Of a stretch of DNA of 48,572 nucleotides, positions 38,784 to 48,572 are shown piece by piece (position 1 is the first letter of the stretch; each line of letters begins with the position of its first letter). A program made the translations under genes and the position numbers. The stretch lies in IMG/VR virus record IMGVR_UViG_2706794699_000012; one strand, given 5' to 3'. The stretch is from a virus. Its lineage: Duplodnaviria; Heunggongvirae; Uroviricota; Caudoviricetes. A model generated the notes under the pieces. It was not told the DNA's origin and made no database searches. It worked only from the letters and a program-made list of their open reading frames with translations.

Positions 38784-39641
38784 TTACCCCCTGAAGCCTG
38801 GCGGGATCGCACTATCCGGTAACGAGACGGTGTTAACCTGTCGGAGTAACGTCTCAGGTCGAACACCTTTCGGCGCGAACAAGCCCTGGTATTCATTGGC
38901 GATGCTGTGTCGAATCACCTGCTCAGGTGAAAAACCCTGCTGGCGGAATTTTTCCAGCTCCCGTATCGCCCCGTTAGCGCCCTGCTCCGTTCGAATCGGT
39001 TTTCGCAATGCCTGGCGAAATTCAACCCACTCACGCCAAAGCGAGACAGAAATCCAGTTCGGCAAAGCAATATCCAGAGGGTCAAACTTTTTGACACCTC
39101 GATTCCCCCGGGGGGGATTTAGGGGGGGATCTGTTTTTAGATCTTTATCTGTATCTTTATTAGTTGCCTTTGTGTTGACATCATGTTCAAACACCACTTC
39201 AACATCTGTTTGAACACCTGTTAAATTTCTCTCTTGTTTTGTTTGAACATCTGCTTCCTTTCTGCTTCTTCTGGCCTGAACAGATGCTTTTCCTGCGGCT
39301 GATTTTTTGGTTAATTTTTCCCTGACTGATGCCAGATCTTCCTCAATCCGAAGATGCACCCATTCCTCGCCGTTATCGCAAAAAAACTCCTGCAAGGATG
39401 GTTCAACATCAGCCCATCGCTCGTTAGTCAGACGGGCAATTTTTGCCAGCCTGTTTTTAGGTATTGGCTTTCCTGTTTGCCAGTAATTGAACATCAGCAA
39501 CAAATACGCACCATGCTCCTCTGCTGACAAATGCATGGTGTCAGCCAGGTAATCAGCTATGTACAGTTGCATGTATGGTAATGCGGCCATAATTGCCCCG
39601 TATGATGCTGCCCGGTGGCTTAGAATAAGCACAAACAGCAT
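38784..39641 (-). CDS. ydaU: replication-associated protein YdaU-like (DUF1376)
   Basis: 285 aa between ydaT-like and DnaC-like genes. Confidence 0.65.
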   Translation of the reverse strand: MLFVLILSHRAASYGAIMAALPYMQLYIADYLADTMHLSAEEHGAYLLLMFNYWQTGKPIPKNRLAKIARLTNERWADVEPSLQEFFCDNGEEWVHLRIEEDLASVREKLTKKSAAGKASVQARRSRKEADVQTKQERNLTGVQTDVEVVFEHDVNTKATNKDTDKDLKTDPPLNPPRGNRGVKKFDPLDIALPNWISVSLWREWVEFRQALRKPIRTEQGANGAIRELEKFRQQGFSPEQVIRHSIANEYQGLFAPKGVRPETLLRQVNTVSLPDSAIPPGFRG

Positions 39642-39653
39642 GGAAACTTTTGC

Positions 39654-40076
39654 TTAATGAACAATGACAGAATCGTCGGAAGACCCGCCGCCGCTGAAAT
39701 GCGCTTTCCGGTAAACGGCTTGGACTGCATCATCATGCGCATCAATTGCCGTACTTAACGCTTCCTGCGCCGCCAGTAATGCACGGCGTTCCAGGGTATC
39801 GAAGATGCAGAGTCGGTGACGCAGCTCGCGCGGAAGGATTGCCAGAATTGCTGGGATCAGCTTCTGAATTTTTTCTCTTTGCGTTTTCGTTTCACCTTTC
39901 AACCAACGGTGATAGATATTCTGCTGATTATTCCAGTCCTTGCCTGGTACCAGGGGCAATTCGCCGCCCCCCTGGCGCAGATATTCTTCAGTAATGGCAT
40001 TGGCTACCCATGCCTGCCCTTTTTCGGCTGCCAGGGCTAACAACACTGACTCGATGTGCTCATGCTTGATTTTCAT
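39654..40076 (-). CDS. ydaT: YdaT-like protein (partner of cro-like YdaS)
   Basis: 140 aa, 4-nt overlap with ydaS stop. Confidence 0.7.
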   Translation of the reverse strand: MKIKHEHIESVLLALAAEKGQAWVANAITEEYLRQGGGELPLVPGKDWNNQQNIYHRWLKGETKTQREKIQKLIPAILAILPRELRHRLCIFDTLERRALLAAQEALSTAIDAHDDAVQAVYRKAHFSGGGSSDDSVIVH

Positions 40077-40327
40077 GAATCAACTCCCATCAGCTTTTTC
40101 GTAGTAGTTTTATTTCTGCCAATAGTTAAAATTACATCAGCAGAAAATAATCCGTTTGATGCATGAGCGATTTTTTCAGCGTAATTTGTTTCGCCGGTAT
40201 ATTCTGTGCGAGGCAATTTTCCGTTATCCATCCATTTGTAGATTGCTCTTTGGCTGACACCACAAACGTCGGCCACAACAGAAACGCGAACAGTTTTGAT
40301 TACATCTTCAAGTGTTTTCTGGTTCAT
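40073..40327 (-). CDS. ydaS: Cro-like HTH protein YdaS
   Basis: Start MNQKTLEDVIK (ATG at 40327) preceded by GAGGGTG; HTH ...VCGVSQRAIYKWMDNGKLP; divergent from repressor gene. Confidence 0.7.
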   Translation of the reverse strand: MNQKTLEDVIKTVRVSVVADVCGVSQRAIYKWMDNGKLPRTEYTGETNYAEKIAHASNGLFSADVILTIGRNKTTTKKLMGVDS

Positions 40328-40406
40328 ATCACCCTCACAATGTGAACTTTGAGTACATGCTATAACAGAACTGACAGTACATTCAAGAGTGAATATCATT
40401 GAACTT
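40328..40406. promoter_or_regulatory. divergent immunity-region promoters/operators between cro-like ydaS and repressor
   Basis: AGTACAT at 40352-40358 and 40376-40382; palindrome tcacaatgtga at 40335-40345; candidate -35 TTGAAT / -10 TATAGC toward ydaS; candidate CTGACA / TATCAT toward the repressor. Confidence 0.5.
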
Positions 40407-40826
40407 ATGGTTCATGAAGATAAAGCGCGTAAAGAGTTCGCCAGTAGGCTTGCGCTAGCCTGTGAAAACGCTGGTTATGAACAACATGGAAGGCAGGCAG
40501 AAATTGCCCGTCGAATGAAATTAACACCAAAAGCGGTTAGCAAATGGTTTAATGGCGAAACAATTCCTCGCCGAGAGAAATTAAGGGAATTAGCAACACT
40601 CATTGGAACAACACCAACCTATCTTTTGGGAGAGGATACAGAAGAAAGTGGACAGGTACGTTTCTATCAGGAGTTAAATCCAAGACAAAAAATCATCATT
40701 GACCTTCTGGACGAGCTCCCTGACAGTGAGACAGATGAACTTTTAAAAACTCTTGAGGAGAAAAAACAGAAGTACAATGCAATTTACGAAGAGCTAGCAC
40801 GAAAGAAAAAACAAAAAGCCTCTTAA
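40389..40826 (+). CDS. racR: prophage repressor, cI/RacR-like (XRE-type HTH)
   Basis: HTH QAEIARRMKLTPKAVSKWFNGETIP; divergent from cro-like gene; GTG at 40389 or ATG at 40407 without SD (possibly leaderless). Confidence 0.65.
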   Translation: MNIIELMVHEDKARKEFASRLALACENAGYEQHGRQAEIARRMKLTPKAVSKWFNGETIPRREKLRELATLIGTTPTYLLGEDTEESGQVRFYQELNPRQKIIIDLLDELPDSETDELLKTLEEKKQKYNAIYEELARKKKQKAS

Positions 40827-41116
40827 ACCAGCATAAATCCGGTAGCGTCCCCCTCCGGGTTTGTGCTTCACTTTATCCCATCTCATTTTTTTACACACAA
40901 AATGTACTTATAGTACTTTACATCAATGAACACAAAGTACATTATATACCTACCAACCCACCCCGCCCCACAGAACGCAGGGCAATACTTCGAGTTACCA
41001 GGCAGTGGTCAGGGGTTAAGTAGCCAGCCCGAGGCGTATGAACATGACGGCAGGGTTCAGATTTTGCAGTGCAGCAGGTTTCAGTTCCGCCACCCGGCGT
41101 TAAGGGGAGAGATAAG

Positions 41117-41251
41117 ATGGTGCATTACGAAGTAGTTCAGTATTTGATGGATTGTTGCGGTATCACTTACAACCAGGCTGTGCAGGCTTTACGCAGCAAC
41201 GACTGGGATCTCTGGCAGGCAGAAGTCGCTATACACAGCAACAAGATGTGA
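41117..41251 (+). CDS. ydaF: small protein YdaF-like
   Basis: MVHYEVVQYLMDCCGITYNQAVQALRSNDWDLWQAEVAIHSNKM; ATG preceded by GGGGAGAG. Confidence 0.5.
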   Translation: MVHYEVVQYLMDCCGITYNQAVQALRSNDWDLWQAEVAIHSNKM

Positions 41252-41261
41252 GATTCGCAAA

Positions 41262-41417
41262 ATGCAAAAAATCGACCTCGGCAACAACGAATCCCTGGTG
41301 TGCGGCGTGTTCCCCAACCAGGATGGAACGTTCACTGCCATGACGTATACCAAAAGCAAAACATTTAAAACCGAAACTGGTGCGCGCCGATGGTTGGAGA
41401 AGCACACAGTAAGCTAA
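41262..41417 (+). CDS. ydaG: small protein YdaG-like
   Basis: Hand-translated 51-aa ORF MQKIDLGNNESLVCGVFPNQDGTFTAMTYTKSK...; not in track (under 60 aa). Confidence 0.5.
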   Translation: MQKIDLGNNESLVCGVFPNQDGTFTAMTYTKSKTFKTETGARRWLEKHTVS

Positions 41418-41902
41418 CGATTAAAACGTCTACTCCTGCTGTTCCAGAATAACTTCATAAAATGGGAGTATTTTTCGGTGACGAGATAATAAGAACAGTT
41501 TGCGCTATCACTCTGATGTTGAATGATGCCCTTCCGTTCTAATTTTTTCATAACCGGGTTACGGCAAGGAGAAGTGATAATAAGATTTCCTGTTTTAAGG
41601 AAATCTTTAAATACAGCGATTTCTTTCTCAGATAAACGAAGCAATACTCGTTGCTCTGGTAGTAATGAATAATGCTTTTGAATATGTGCTCGCAATCTTG
41701 AGAAGGAAATGGCGACCACGAAAGAAAAGGCAAAAACGATAATCTGAAAGAGCCAAGGTATTTCAGTATAAGCATTGAATGCGACAGTAAACTCTTTCGG
41801 TATCAGCCAGAGAGTGAGACCAAAAATGATAATCGTATACATAAGTATTTCGAGTGGCTCGTTAGCAAAAAGTTTCAACAATGGAGTAAATACATCCAAC
41901 AT
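41414..41902 (-). CDS. sieB: superinfection exclusion protein B
   Basis: Start MLDVFTPLLKLFANEPLE... gives 162 aa matching Rac SieB as recalled; membrane helices. Confidence 0.85.
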   Translation of the reverse strand: MLDVFTPLLKLFANEPLEILMYTIIIFGLTLWLIPKEFTVAFNAYTEIPWLFQIIVFAFSFVVAISFSRLRAHIQKHYSLLPEQRVLLRLSEKEIAVFKDFLKTGNLIITSPCRNPVMKKLERKGIIQHQSDSANCSYYLVTEKYSHFMKLFWNSRSRRFNR

Positions 41903-42343
41903 ATCAATAACTCTCAACTGTAAGGGTATTGAAATGTTAACACAAGCTCTCGCTGTAGGGGTATAGCCGAGACCACCGAAGCCCGGAGGTGGTGAAATAA
42001 AACCGGGCACAACACGAAGGCGCATTTCCGATATCCATAAAGAGTCGGTCTTGTCTGTTAAATTTAAATGGTGGGAGTGCGCCTCCGGTTGTAAATAACG
42101 ACATTGCTGTGTGTAGTCCTGGCGGCATCAGTTTTTTTCTTGAAGTTCGGCTGATGTCCGCCCTTTTTAAAGTGAATTTTGTGATGCGGTGAATGCGGCT
42201 AAGCGCACGTGGCACAGTTAAAAGTCATGTTAGTCCTTATTGGTTTGGGTGGGAAAGCCGACTGTAATTGTTAACTGGTTGCAGTCACCTGGAGGCACCA
42301 GGCACCGCATCAACAAAGTTCATTTGTAAAAATGGAGATAATT

Positions 42344-42565
42344 ATGATTGCACATCACTTCGGAACTGATGAAATACCACGTCAGTGTGTGACTCCTGGC
42401 GATTATGTTCTTCATGAAGGCCGGACATATATTGCCTCGGCAAACAATATTAAAAAGCGAAAACTATATATTCGTAACCTGACCACAAAAACATGCATTA
42501 CTGACCGCATGATTAAAGTCTTCCTCGGTCGTGATGGTTTACCTGTAAAGGCGGAGTCATGGTGA
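42344..42565 (+). CDS. kilR: cell-division (FtsZ) inhibitor KilR
   Basis: [35 protein letters not shown]..., 73 aa, ATG preceded by GGAG. Confidence 0.85.
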   Translation: MIAHHFGTDEIPRQCVTPGDYVLHEGRTYIASANNIKKRKLYIRNLTTKTCITDRMIKVFLGRDGLPVKAESW

Positions 42566-42735
42566 TGACTAAGAAAATAAAATGTGCTTACCACCTTTGC
42601 AAAAAAGACGTTGAAGAAAGCAAAGCTATTGAAAGAATGCTTCACTTCATGCACGGGATTTTATCAAAAGACGAACCGAGAAAATATTGCAGTGAAGCTT
42701 GTGCCGAAAAAGACCAGATGGCACATGAACTTTAA
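42565..42735 (+). CDS. ydaE: small Cys-rich protein YdaE-like
   Basis: Hand-translated 56-aa [59 protein letters not shown]; ATG overlaps kilR stop. Confidence 0.6.
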   Translation: MTKKIKCAYHLCKKDVEESKAIERMLHFMHGILSKDEPRKYCSEACAEKDQMAHEL

Positions 42736-42809
42736 TTAATTGACTATTCGAAACTGAATTTATGCCAGAAATGGCAGGTATTCGCTCAACCTTAATTAAG
42801 GAGAAAAAC

Positions 42810-43085
42810 ATGATTACCAATTATGAAGCCACTGTTGTAACTACCGATGACATTGTTCACGAGGTGAATCTGGAAGGAAAGCGCATTGGCTACGTAATTA
42901 AAACAGAAAATAAAGAAACCCCATTCACTGTGGTTGATATCGATGGTCCATCAGGCAACGTAAAAACACTTGATGAAGGTGTCAAAAAAATGTGCCTGGT
43001 GCATATCGGAAAGAATCTGCCCGCAGAAAAAAAAGCCGAATTTCTGGCAACTCTAATTGCAATGAAATTAAAAGGTGAAATCTGA
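42810..43085 (+). CDS. racC: RacC protein
   Basis: MITNYEATVVTTDDIVHEVNLEGKRIGYV..., 91 aa, preceded by AAGGAG. Confidence 0.8.
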   Translation: MITNYEATVVTTDDIVHEVNLEGKRIGYVIKTENKETPFTVVDIDGPSGNVKTLDEGVKKMCLVHIGKNLPAEKKAEFLATLIAMKLKGEI

Positions 43086-43186
43086 AAGAAATAGCCTGCG
43101 TATGGCGCAGGCTATGAACAGTGTGTATCCGGCAAGATCATTCACTGAACAAAACGAATTTTAATCTGAGTTGAGGTTAAAAAACA

Positions 43187-45787
43187 ATGAGCACAAAACC
43201 ACTCTTCCTGTTACGGAAAGCGAAAAAATCATCCGGTGAACCTGACGTCGTCCTGTGGGCAAGCAACGATTTTGAATCGACCTGTGCCACTCTGGACTAC
43301 CTGATCGTTAAGTCAGGTAAAAAACTGAGCAGCTATTTTAAAGCTGTTGCCACGAATTTTCCTGTCGTTAATGACCTGCCCGCTGAAGGTGAGATCGATT
43401 TTACCTGGAGTGAACGCTATCAACTCAGCAAAGACTCCATGACATGGGAACTAAAACCGGGAGCAGCACCAGACAACGCTCACTATCAAGGCAATACCAA
43501 CGTCAACGGCGAAGACATGACTGAGATTGAGGAGAATATGCTACTCCCAATTTCTGGCCAGGAACTGCCCATTCGTTGGCTTGCTCAACACGGCAGCGAA
43601 AAACCGGTAACGCACGTTTCACGCGACGGACTCCAGGCATTACACATTGCTCGGGCTGAAGAACTACCGGCTGTTACTGCCCTGGCTGTTTCCCACAAAA
43701 CCAGCCTGCTCGACCCGCTGGAAATTCGCGAACTCCACAAACTGGTTCGTGACACTGACAAAGTTTTCCCTAATCCTGGTAATTCAAACCTGGGACTGAT
43801 AACTGCTTTTTTCGAAGCATACCTGAACGCTGACTACACCGATCGAGGACTGCTGACAAAAGAGTGGATGAAGGGTAATCGTGTTTCACACATCACTCGC
43901 ACGGCTTCCGGTGCTAATGCTGGCGGCGGAAACCTCACCGATCGCGGCGAAGGTTTCGTACACGATCTGACGTCACTGGCGCGGGACGTAGCCACTGGCG
44001 TACTGGCCCGTTCAATGGATCTGGACATCTATAACCTTCATCCGGCACACGCTAAACGCATTGAGGAAATTATCGCTGAAAATAAACCGCCCTTTTCTGT
44101 TTTCCGCGACAAATTCATCACCATGCCTGGCGGGCTGGATTATTCCCGCGCCATCGTGGTTGCGTCCGTAAAAGAAGCACCAATTGGGATCGAGGTCATC
44201 CCCGCGCACGTCACTGAATATCTGAACAAAGTACTGACTGAAACCGATCATGCCAACCCTGATCCGGAAATCGTGGATATTGCCTGCGGTCGCTCCTCTG
44301 CCCCGATGCCGCAGCGAGTAACAGAAGAAGGAAAACAGGATGATGAAGAAAAACCGCAACCATCTGGAACAACGGCAGTTGAACAGGGAGAGGCTGAAAC
44401 AATGGAACCGGACGCAACTGAACATCATCAGGACACGCAGCCGCTGGATGCTCAGTCACAGGTAAATTCTGTTGATGCGAAATATCAGGAACTGCGGGCA
44501 GAACTCCATGAAGCCCGGAAAAACATTCCATCAAAAAATCCTGTCGATGCCGATAAATTGCTTGCTGCATCACGTGGTGAATTTGTTGACGGAATTAGCG
44601 ACCCGAACGATCCGAAATGGGTAAAGGGGATCCAGACTCGCGATTGTGTGTACCAGAACCAGCCAGAAACGGAAAAAACCAGCCCGGATATGAATCAACC
44701 TGAGCCAGTAGTGCAACAGGAACCGGAAATAGCCTGCAATGCCTGCGGCCAGACTGGCGGGGATAACTGCCCTGACTGTGGTGCGGTGATGGGCGACGCA
44801 ACATACCAGGAAACATTCGATGAAGAGAGTCAGGTTGAAGCTAAGGAAAATGATCCGGAGGAAATGGAAGGCGCTGAACATCCGCACAATGAGAATGCTG
44901 GCAGCGATCCGCATCGCGATTGCAGTGATGAAACTGGCGAAGTCGCAGATCCCGTAATCGTAGAAGACATAGAGCCAGGTATTTATTACGGAATTTCGAA
45001 TGAGAATTACCACGCGGGTCCCGGTGTCAGTAAGTCTCAGCTCGATGACATTGCTGATACTCCGGCACTGTATTTGTGGCGTAAAAATGCCCCCGTGGAC
45101 ACCACAAAGACAAAAACGCTCGATTTAGGAACCGCTTTCCACTGCCGGGTACTTGAGCCGGAAGAATTCAGTAACCGCTTTATCGTAGCACCTGAATTTA
45201 ACCGCCGGACAAACTCCGGAAAAGAAGAAGAGAAAGCGTTTCTGAGGGAATGCGCAAGCACAGGAAAAACGGTTATCACTGCCGAAGAAGGCCGGAAAAT
45301 TGAACTCATGTATCAGAGCGTTATGGCTTTGCCGCTGGGGCAATGGCTTGTTGAAAGCGCCGGACACGCTGAATCATCAATTTACTGGGAAGATCCTGAA
45401 ACAGCAATTTTGTGTCGGTGCCGTCCGGACAAAATTATCCCTGAATTTCACTGGATCATGGACGTGAAAACTACGGCGGATATTCAACGATTCAAAACCG
45501 CTTATTACGACTACCGCTATCACGTTCAGGATGCATTCTACAGTGACGGTTATGAAGCACAGTTTGGAGTGCAGCCAACTTTCGTTTTTCTGGTTGCCAG
45601 CACAACTATTGAATGCGGACGTTATCCGGTTGAAATTTTCATGATGGGCGAAGAAGCAAAACTGGCAGGTCAGCTGGAATATCACCGCAATCTGCGAACC
45701 CTGGCTGACTGCCTCAATACCGATGAATGGCCAGCTATTAAGACGTTATCACTGCCCCGCTGGGCTAAGGAATATGCAAATGACTAA
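43187..45787 (+). CDS. recE: exodeoxyribonuclease VIII (RecE)
   Basis: 866 aa; start [46 protein letters not shown] and nuclease C-terminal domain match Rac RecE as recalled. Confidence 0.95.
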   Translation: MSTKPLFLLRKAKKSSGEPDVVLWASNDFESTCATLDYLIVKSGKKLSSYFKAVATNFPVVNDLPAEGEIDFTWSERYQLSKDSMTWELKPGAAPDNAHYQGNTNVNGEDMTEIEENMLLPISGQELPIRWLAQHGSEKPVTHVSRDGLQALHIARAEELPAVTALAVSHKTSLLDPLEIRELHKLVRDTDKVFPNPGNSNLGLITAFFEAYLNADYTDRGLLTKEWMKGNRVSHITRTASGANAGGGNLTDRGEGFVHDLTSLARDVATGVLARSMDLDIYNLHPAHAKRIEEIIAENKPPFSVFRDKFITMPGGLDYSRAIVVASVKEAPIGIEVIPAHVTEYLNKVLTETDHANPDPEIVDIACGRSSAPMPQRVTEEGKQDDEEKPQPSGTTAVEQGEAETMEPDATEHHQDTQPLDAQSQVNSVDAKYQELRAELHEARKNIPSKNPVDADKLLAASRGEFVDGISDPNDPKWVKGIQTRDCVYQNQPETEKTSPDMNQPEPVVQQEPEIACNACGQTGGDNCPDCGAVMGDATYQETFDEESQVEAKENDPEEMEGAEHPHNENAGSDPHRDCSDETGEVADPVIVEDIEPGIYYGISNENYHAGPGVSKSQLDDIADTPALYLWRKNAPVDTTKTKTLDLGTAFHCRVLEPEEFSNRFIVAPEFNRRTNSGKEEEKAFLRECASTGKTVITAEEGRKIELMYQSVMALPLGQWLVESAGHAESSIYWEDPETAILCRCRPDKIIPEFHWIMDVKTTADIQRFKTAYYDYRYHVQDAFYSDGYEAQFGVQPTFVFLVASTTIECGRYPVEIFMMGEEAKLAGQLEYHRNLRTLADCLNTDEWPAIKTLSLPRWAKEYAND

Positions 45788-46589
45788 GCAACCACCAATC
45801 GCAAAAGCCGATCTGCAAAAAACTCAGGGAAACCGTGCACCAGCAGCAATTAAAAATAACGACGTGATTAGTTTTATTAACCAGCCATCAATGAAAGAGC
45901 AACTGGCAGCAGCTCTTCCACGCCATATGACGGCTGAACGTATGATCCGTATCGCCACCACAGAAATTCGTAAAGTTCCGGCGTTAGGAAACTGTGACAC
46001 TATGAGTTTTGTCAGTGCAATCGTACAGTGTTCACAGCTCGGACTTGAGCCCGGTAGCGCCCTCGGTCATGCATATTTACTGCCTTTTGGTAATAAAAAC
46101 GAAAAGAGCGGTAAAAAAAACGTTCAGCTAATCATTGGCTATCGCGGCATGATTGATCTGGCTCGCCGTTCAGGTCAAATCGCCAGCCTGTCAGCCCGTG
46201 TTGTCCGTGAAGGTGACGAGTTTAATTTCGAATTTGGCCTTGATGAAAAGTTAATACACCGCCCAGGAGAAAACGAAGATGCCCCTGTTACCCACGTCTA
46301 TGCTGTCGCAAGACTGAAAGACGGAGGTACTCAGTTTGAAGTTATGACGCGCAAACAGATTGAGCTGGTGCGCAGCCAGAGTAAAGCTGGTAATAACGGG
46401 CCGTGGGTAACTCACTGGGAAGAAATGGCAAAGAAAACGGCTATTCGTCGCCTGTTCAAATATCTGCCCGTATCAATTGAGATCCAGCGTGCAGTATCAA
46501 TGGATGAAAAGGAACCACTGACAATCGATCCTGCAGATTCCTCTGTATTAACCGGGGAATACAGTGTAATCGATAATTCAGAGGAATAA
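45780..46589 (+). CDS. recT: recombinase RecT (single-strand annealing protein)
   Basis: Start [26 protein letters not shown]... gives 269 aa; overlaps recE stop (translational coupling). Confidence 0.95.
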   Translation: MTKQPPIAKADLQKTQGNRAPAAIKNNDVISFINQPSMKEQLAAALPRHMTAERMIRIATTEIRKVPALGNCDTMSFVSAIVQCSQLGLEPGSALGHAYLLPFGNKNEKSGKKNVQLIIGYRGMIDLARRSGQIASLSARVVREGDEFNFEFGLDEKLIHRPGENEDAPVTHVYAVARLKDGGTQFEVMTRKQIELVRSQSKAGNNGPWVTHWEEMAKKTAIRRLFKYLPVSIEIQRAVSMDEKEPLTIDPADSSVLTGEYSVIDNSEE

Positions 46590-46632
46590 TTCAGCCTGGC
46601 GGTGTAATGCACCGCCAACTTGAAATATTTTT

Positions 46633-46794
46633 ATGAGAAAAATTATGAGATATGACAATGTTAAACCATGTCCATTTTGTGGTTGTCCATCAGTAACGGT
46701 GAAAGCCATTTCAGGATATTACCGAGCGAAGTGTAACGGATGCGAATCCCGAACCGGTTATGGTGGAAGTGAAAAAGAAGCACTCGAACGATGA
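46633..46794 (+). CDS. ralR: restriction alleviation protein RalR/Lar-like
   Basis: Hand-translated MRKIMRYDNVKPCPFCGCPSVTVKAISGYYRAKCNGCESRTGYGGSEKEALER with CxxC...CxxC zinc-ribbon pattern; position between recT and ydaC. Confidence 0.65.
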   Translation: MRKIMRYDNVKPCPFCGCPSVTVKAISGYYRAKCNGCESRTGYGGSEKEALER

Positions 46795-46819
46795 AATAAA
46801 CGAACCACTGGAAATAATA

Positions 46820-47020
46820 ATGGAGGTGTTCATGTATAAAATTACCGCCACTATTGAAAAGGAAGGTGGCACTCCTACTAACTGGACAAGATATTCAAAA
46901 TCTAAACTAACGAAATCAGAATGCGAAAAAATGCTCTCAGGTAAAAAAGAAGCAGGCGTTTCCAGAGAGCAGAAAGTAAAACTGATAAATTTTAATTGCG
47001 AGAAACTTCAGTCCTCGTGA
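46820..47020 (+). CDS. ydaC: small protein YdaC-like
   Basis: MEVFMYKITATIEKEGGTPTNW...; GGAGGTG upstream; alternative start at 46832. Confidence 0.5.
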   Translation: MEVFMYKITATIEKEGGTPTNWTRYSKSKLTKSECEKMLSGKKEAGVSREQKVKLINFNCEKLQSS

Positions 47021-47119
47021 ATTGCATTGTATTCAAATTAAAACTTCATAGCTGATTATTAATAATCAACATCGGGCGTCAATTTAAGTCTAACATTGGC
47101 GCCTGCCAGAGGTGATGCG

Positions 47120-47335
47120 ATGGCACAAGTAATCTTTAATGAAGAGTGGATGGTTGAATACGGCCTGATGCTTCGCACTGGTCTGGGGGCCAGACAAATT
47201 GAAGCATACCGCCAGAACTGTTGGGTGGAAGGCTTCCACTTCAAACGAGTATCTCCTTTAGGGAAGCCAGACAGTAAGCGAGGGATTATCTGGTATAACT
47301 ATCCAAAGATAAATCAGTTTATCAAAGACTCATGA
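47120..47335 (+). CDS. xis: excisionase (Xis)
   Basis: [41 protein letters not shown]..., directly upstream of and co-oriented with integrase; SD GGTGA. Confidence 0.75.
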   Translation: MAQVIFNEEWMVEYGLMLRTGLGARQIEAYRQNCWVEGFHFKRVSPLGKPDSKRGIIWYNYPKINQFIKDS

Positions 47336-47336
47336 T

Positions 47337-48572
47337 ATGTCTAAATTACCAACAGGTGTCGAGATTCGAGGTAAATACATTCGCATCTGGTTCATGTTTC
47401 GAGGAAAACGATGTCGGGAAACATTGAAAGGCTGGGAGGTTACTAACAGTAACATTAAAAAAGCCGGGAATTTAAGAGCGTTGATAGTTCATGAAATCAA
47501 TTCCGGTGAGTTTGAGTATTTAAGACGTTTTCCCCAGTCCAGCACTGGGGCAAAAATGGTGACAACGAGGGTCATAAAAACGTTCGGGGAGCTTTGTGAT
47601 ATCTGGACAAAAATTAAAGAAACAGAGTTAACAACAAACACAATGAAGAAAACGAAATCACAATTAAAAACACTCAGGATAATAATTTGTGAGAGTACTC
47701 CGATATCGCATATTCGTTATAGCGATATCTTAAACTACCGGAATGAACTGCTGCATGGAGAAACGCTTTACCTGGATAATCCAAGATCCAACAAAAAAGG
47801 AAGAACCGTGCGCACAGTTGATAACTATATCGCCCTGCTCTGTTCGTTGTTACGTTTTGCGTATCAGTCGGGATTTATATCAACCAAACCATTTGAAGGA
47901 GTAAAGAAATTACAGAGAAACAGAATAAAGCCTGACCCGTTATCTAAAACAGAATTCAATGCATTAATGGAAAGTGAAAAAGGACAGAGCCAGAACTTGT
48001 GGAAATTTGCCGTATACTCCGGGCTTCGTCACGGGGAACTGGCTGCTCTGGCGTGGGAGGATGTGGATTTCGAGAAGGGAGTTGTGAATGTCAGAAGAAA
48101 CCTGACGATACTGGATATGTTCGGTCCCCCAAAAACAAATGCGGGGATCCGGACGGTAACACTACTGCAGCCTGCTCTTGAAGCACTGAAGGAGCAATAC
48201 AAACTGACCGGGCATCATCGCAAAAGCGAAATCACTTTTTATCATCGGGAGTACGGCAGAACCGAAAAGCAAAAACTGCATTTTGTTTTCATGCCCAGAG
48301 TGTGTAACGGAAAACAGAAACCTTATTACTCGGTAAGCAGTTTGGGTGCGAGATGGAATGCAGCAGTAAAACGTGCTGGTATTCGCCGCCGTAATCCGTA
48401 CCATACGCGGCATACTTTTGCCTGCTGGCTGTTGACGGCAGGAGCGAACCCGGCGTTTATAGCCAGCCAGATGGGGCATGAAACTGCGCAGATGGTGTAT
48501 GAAATTTACGGTATGTGGATTGATGACATGAACGACGAACAGGTAGCCATGTTGAATGCGCGGTTATCGTAG
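47337..48572 (+). CDS. intR: tyrosine site-specific integrase
   Basis: 411 aa; MSKLPTGVEIRGKYIRIWFMFRGKRCRETLKGWEV... and C-terminal catalytic region (…HTRHTFACWLL…GHETAQMVYEIYGMW) match Rac IntR as recalled; gene ends at the window edge. Confidence 0.95.
   Translation: MSKLPTGVEIRGKYIRIWFMFRGKRCRETLKGWEVTNSNIKKAGNLRALIVHEINSGEFEYLRRFPQSSTGAKMVTTRVIKTFGELCDIWTKIKETELTTNTMKKTKSQLKTLRIIICESTPISHIRYSDILNYRNELLHGETLYLDNPRSNKKGRTVRTVDNYIALLCSLLRFAYQSGFISTKPFEGVKKLQRNRIKPDPLSKTEFNALMESEKGQSQNLWKFAVYSGLRHGELAALAWEDVDFEKGVVNVRRNLTILDMFGPPKTNAGIRTVTLLQPALEALKEQYKLTGHHRKSEITFYHREYGRTEKQKLHFVFMPRVCNGKQKPYYSVSSLGARWNAAVKRAGIRRRNPYHTRHTFACWLLTAGANPAFIASQMGHETAQMVYEIYGMWIDDMNDEQVAMLNARLS

Larger units (their letters stand above)
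1..48572. mobile_element. Rac-like lambdoid prophage, near-complete (tail fibre end at left, integrase at right)
   Basis: Contiguous phage modules in canonical order; int/xis/ralR/recET/racC/kilR/sieB/trkG/lom/stf/tfa order matches the E. coli Rac prophage as I recall it, but with the head, tail, lysis and Q genes that K-12 Rac lacks. Confidence 0.9.

Noticed and set aside
43834-45685. Series of minus-strand ORFs inside recE
   Set aside because: Antisense to a gene whose full-length translation matches RecE; Arg/Phe-rich translations.
1-48572. tRNA, rRNA, CRISPR arrays and IS elements
   Set aside because: No T-arm-like GGTTCGANTCC-type motifs with cloverleaf context, no regularly spaced direct repeats with unique spacers, and no transposase-like ORF found by eye; a computational scan (tRNAscan-SE, CRISPR finders, ISfinder) would be needed to be certain.

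Overview
The window is almost entirely one near-complete Rac-like lambdoid prophage of an Escherichia-type host, read from tail-fibre genes at the left edge to the integrase at the right edge. Gene order right to left: intR-xis-ydaC-ralR-recT-recE-racC-ydaE-kilR (plus strand, early-left operon), sieB, ydaG/ydaF, a cI-like repressor (racR-like, plus) facing a cro-like ydaS-ydaT-ydaU-ydaV (DnaC-like) replication block (minus), then a nin-like region carrying an AT-rich accessory island, DUF1367/DUF1364, a Q-like antiterminator, two TolA-domain-III-like lipoprotein morons, a phage-21-type lysis cassette (pinholin, SAR endolysin, Rz/Rz1), trkG, a ParB-like/GT-A-like pair, terminase small and large subunits, portal, head morphogenesis, scaffold, capsid, connectors, major tail, G/GT chaperone with a visible -1 slippery site, tape measure, lambda-like M-L-K-I-J, lom, stf and tfa. 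Three N-masked blocks (484-794, 5954-6325, 8577-8970) interrupt tfa, J and K/I. No tRNA, rRNA, CRISPR array or transposase was recognised. The best candidates for an undescribed system are (1) a two-gene AT-rich operon at 34.6-36.7 kb with no recognisable family, one protein carrying an R-x4-H (HEPN-like) motif, and (2) two tandem lipoproteins whose C-termini closely resemble TolA domain III. All homology statements come from reading the translations and recalling reference proteins; no database search was run.
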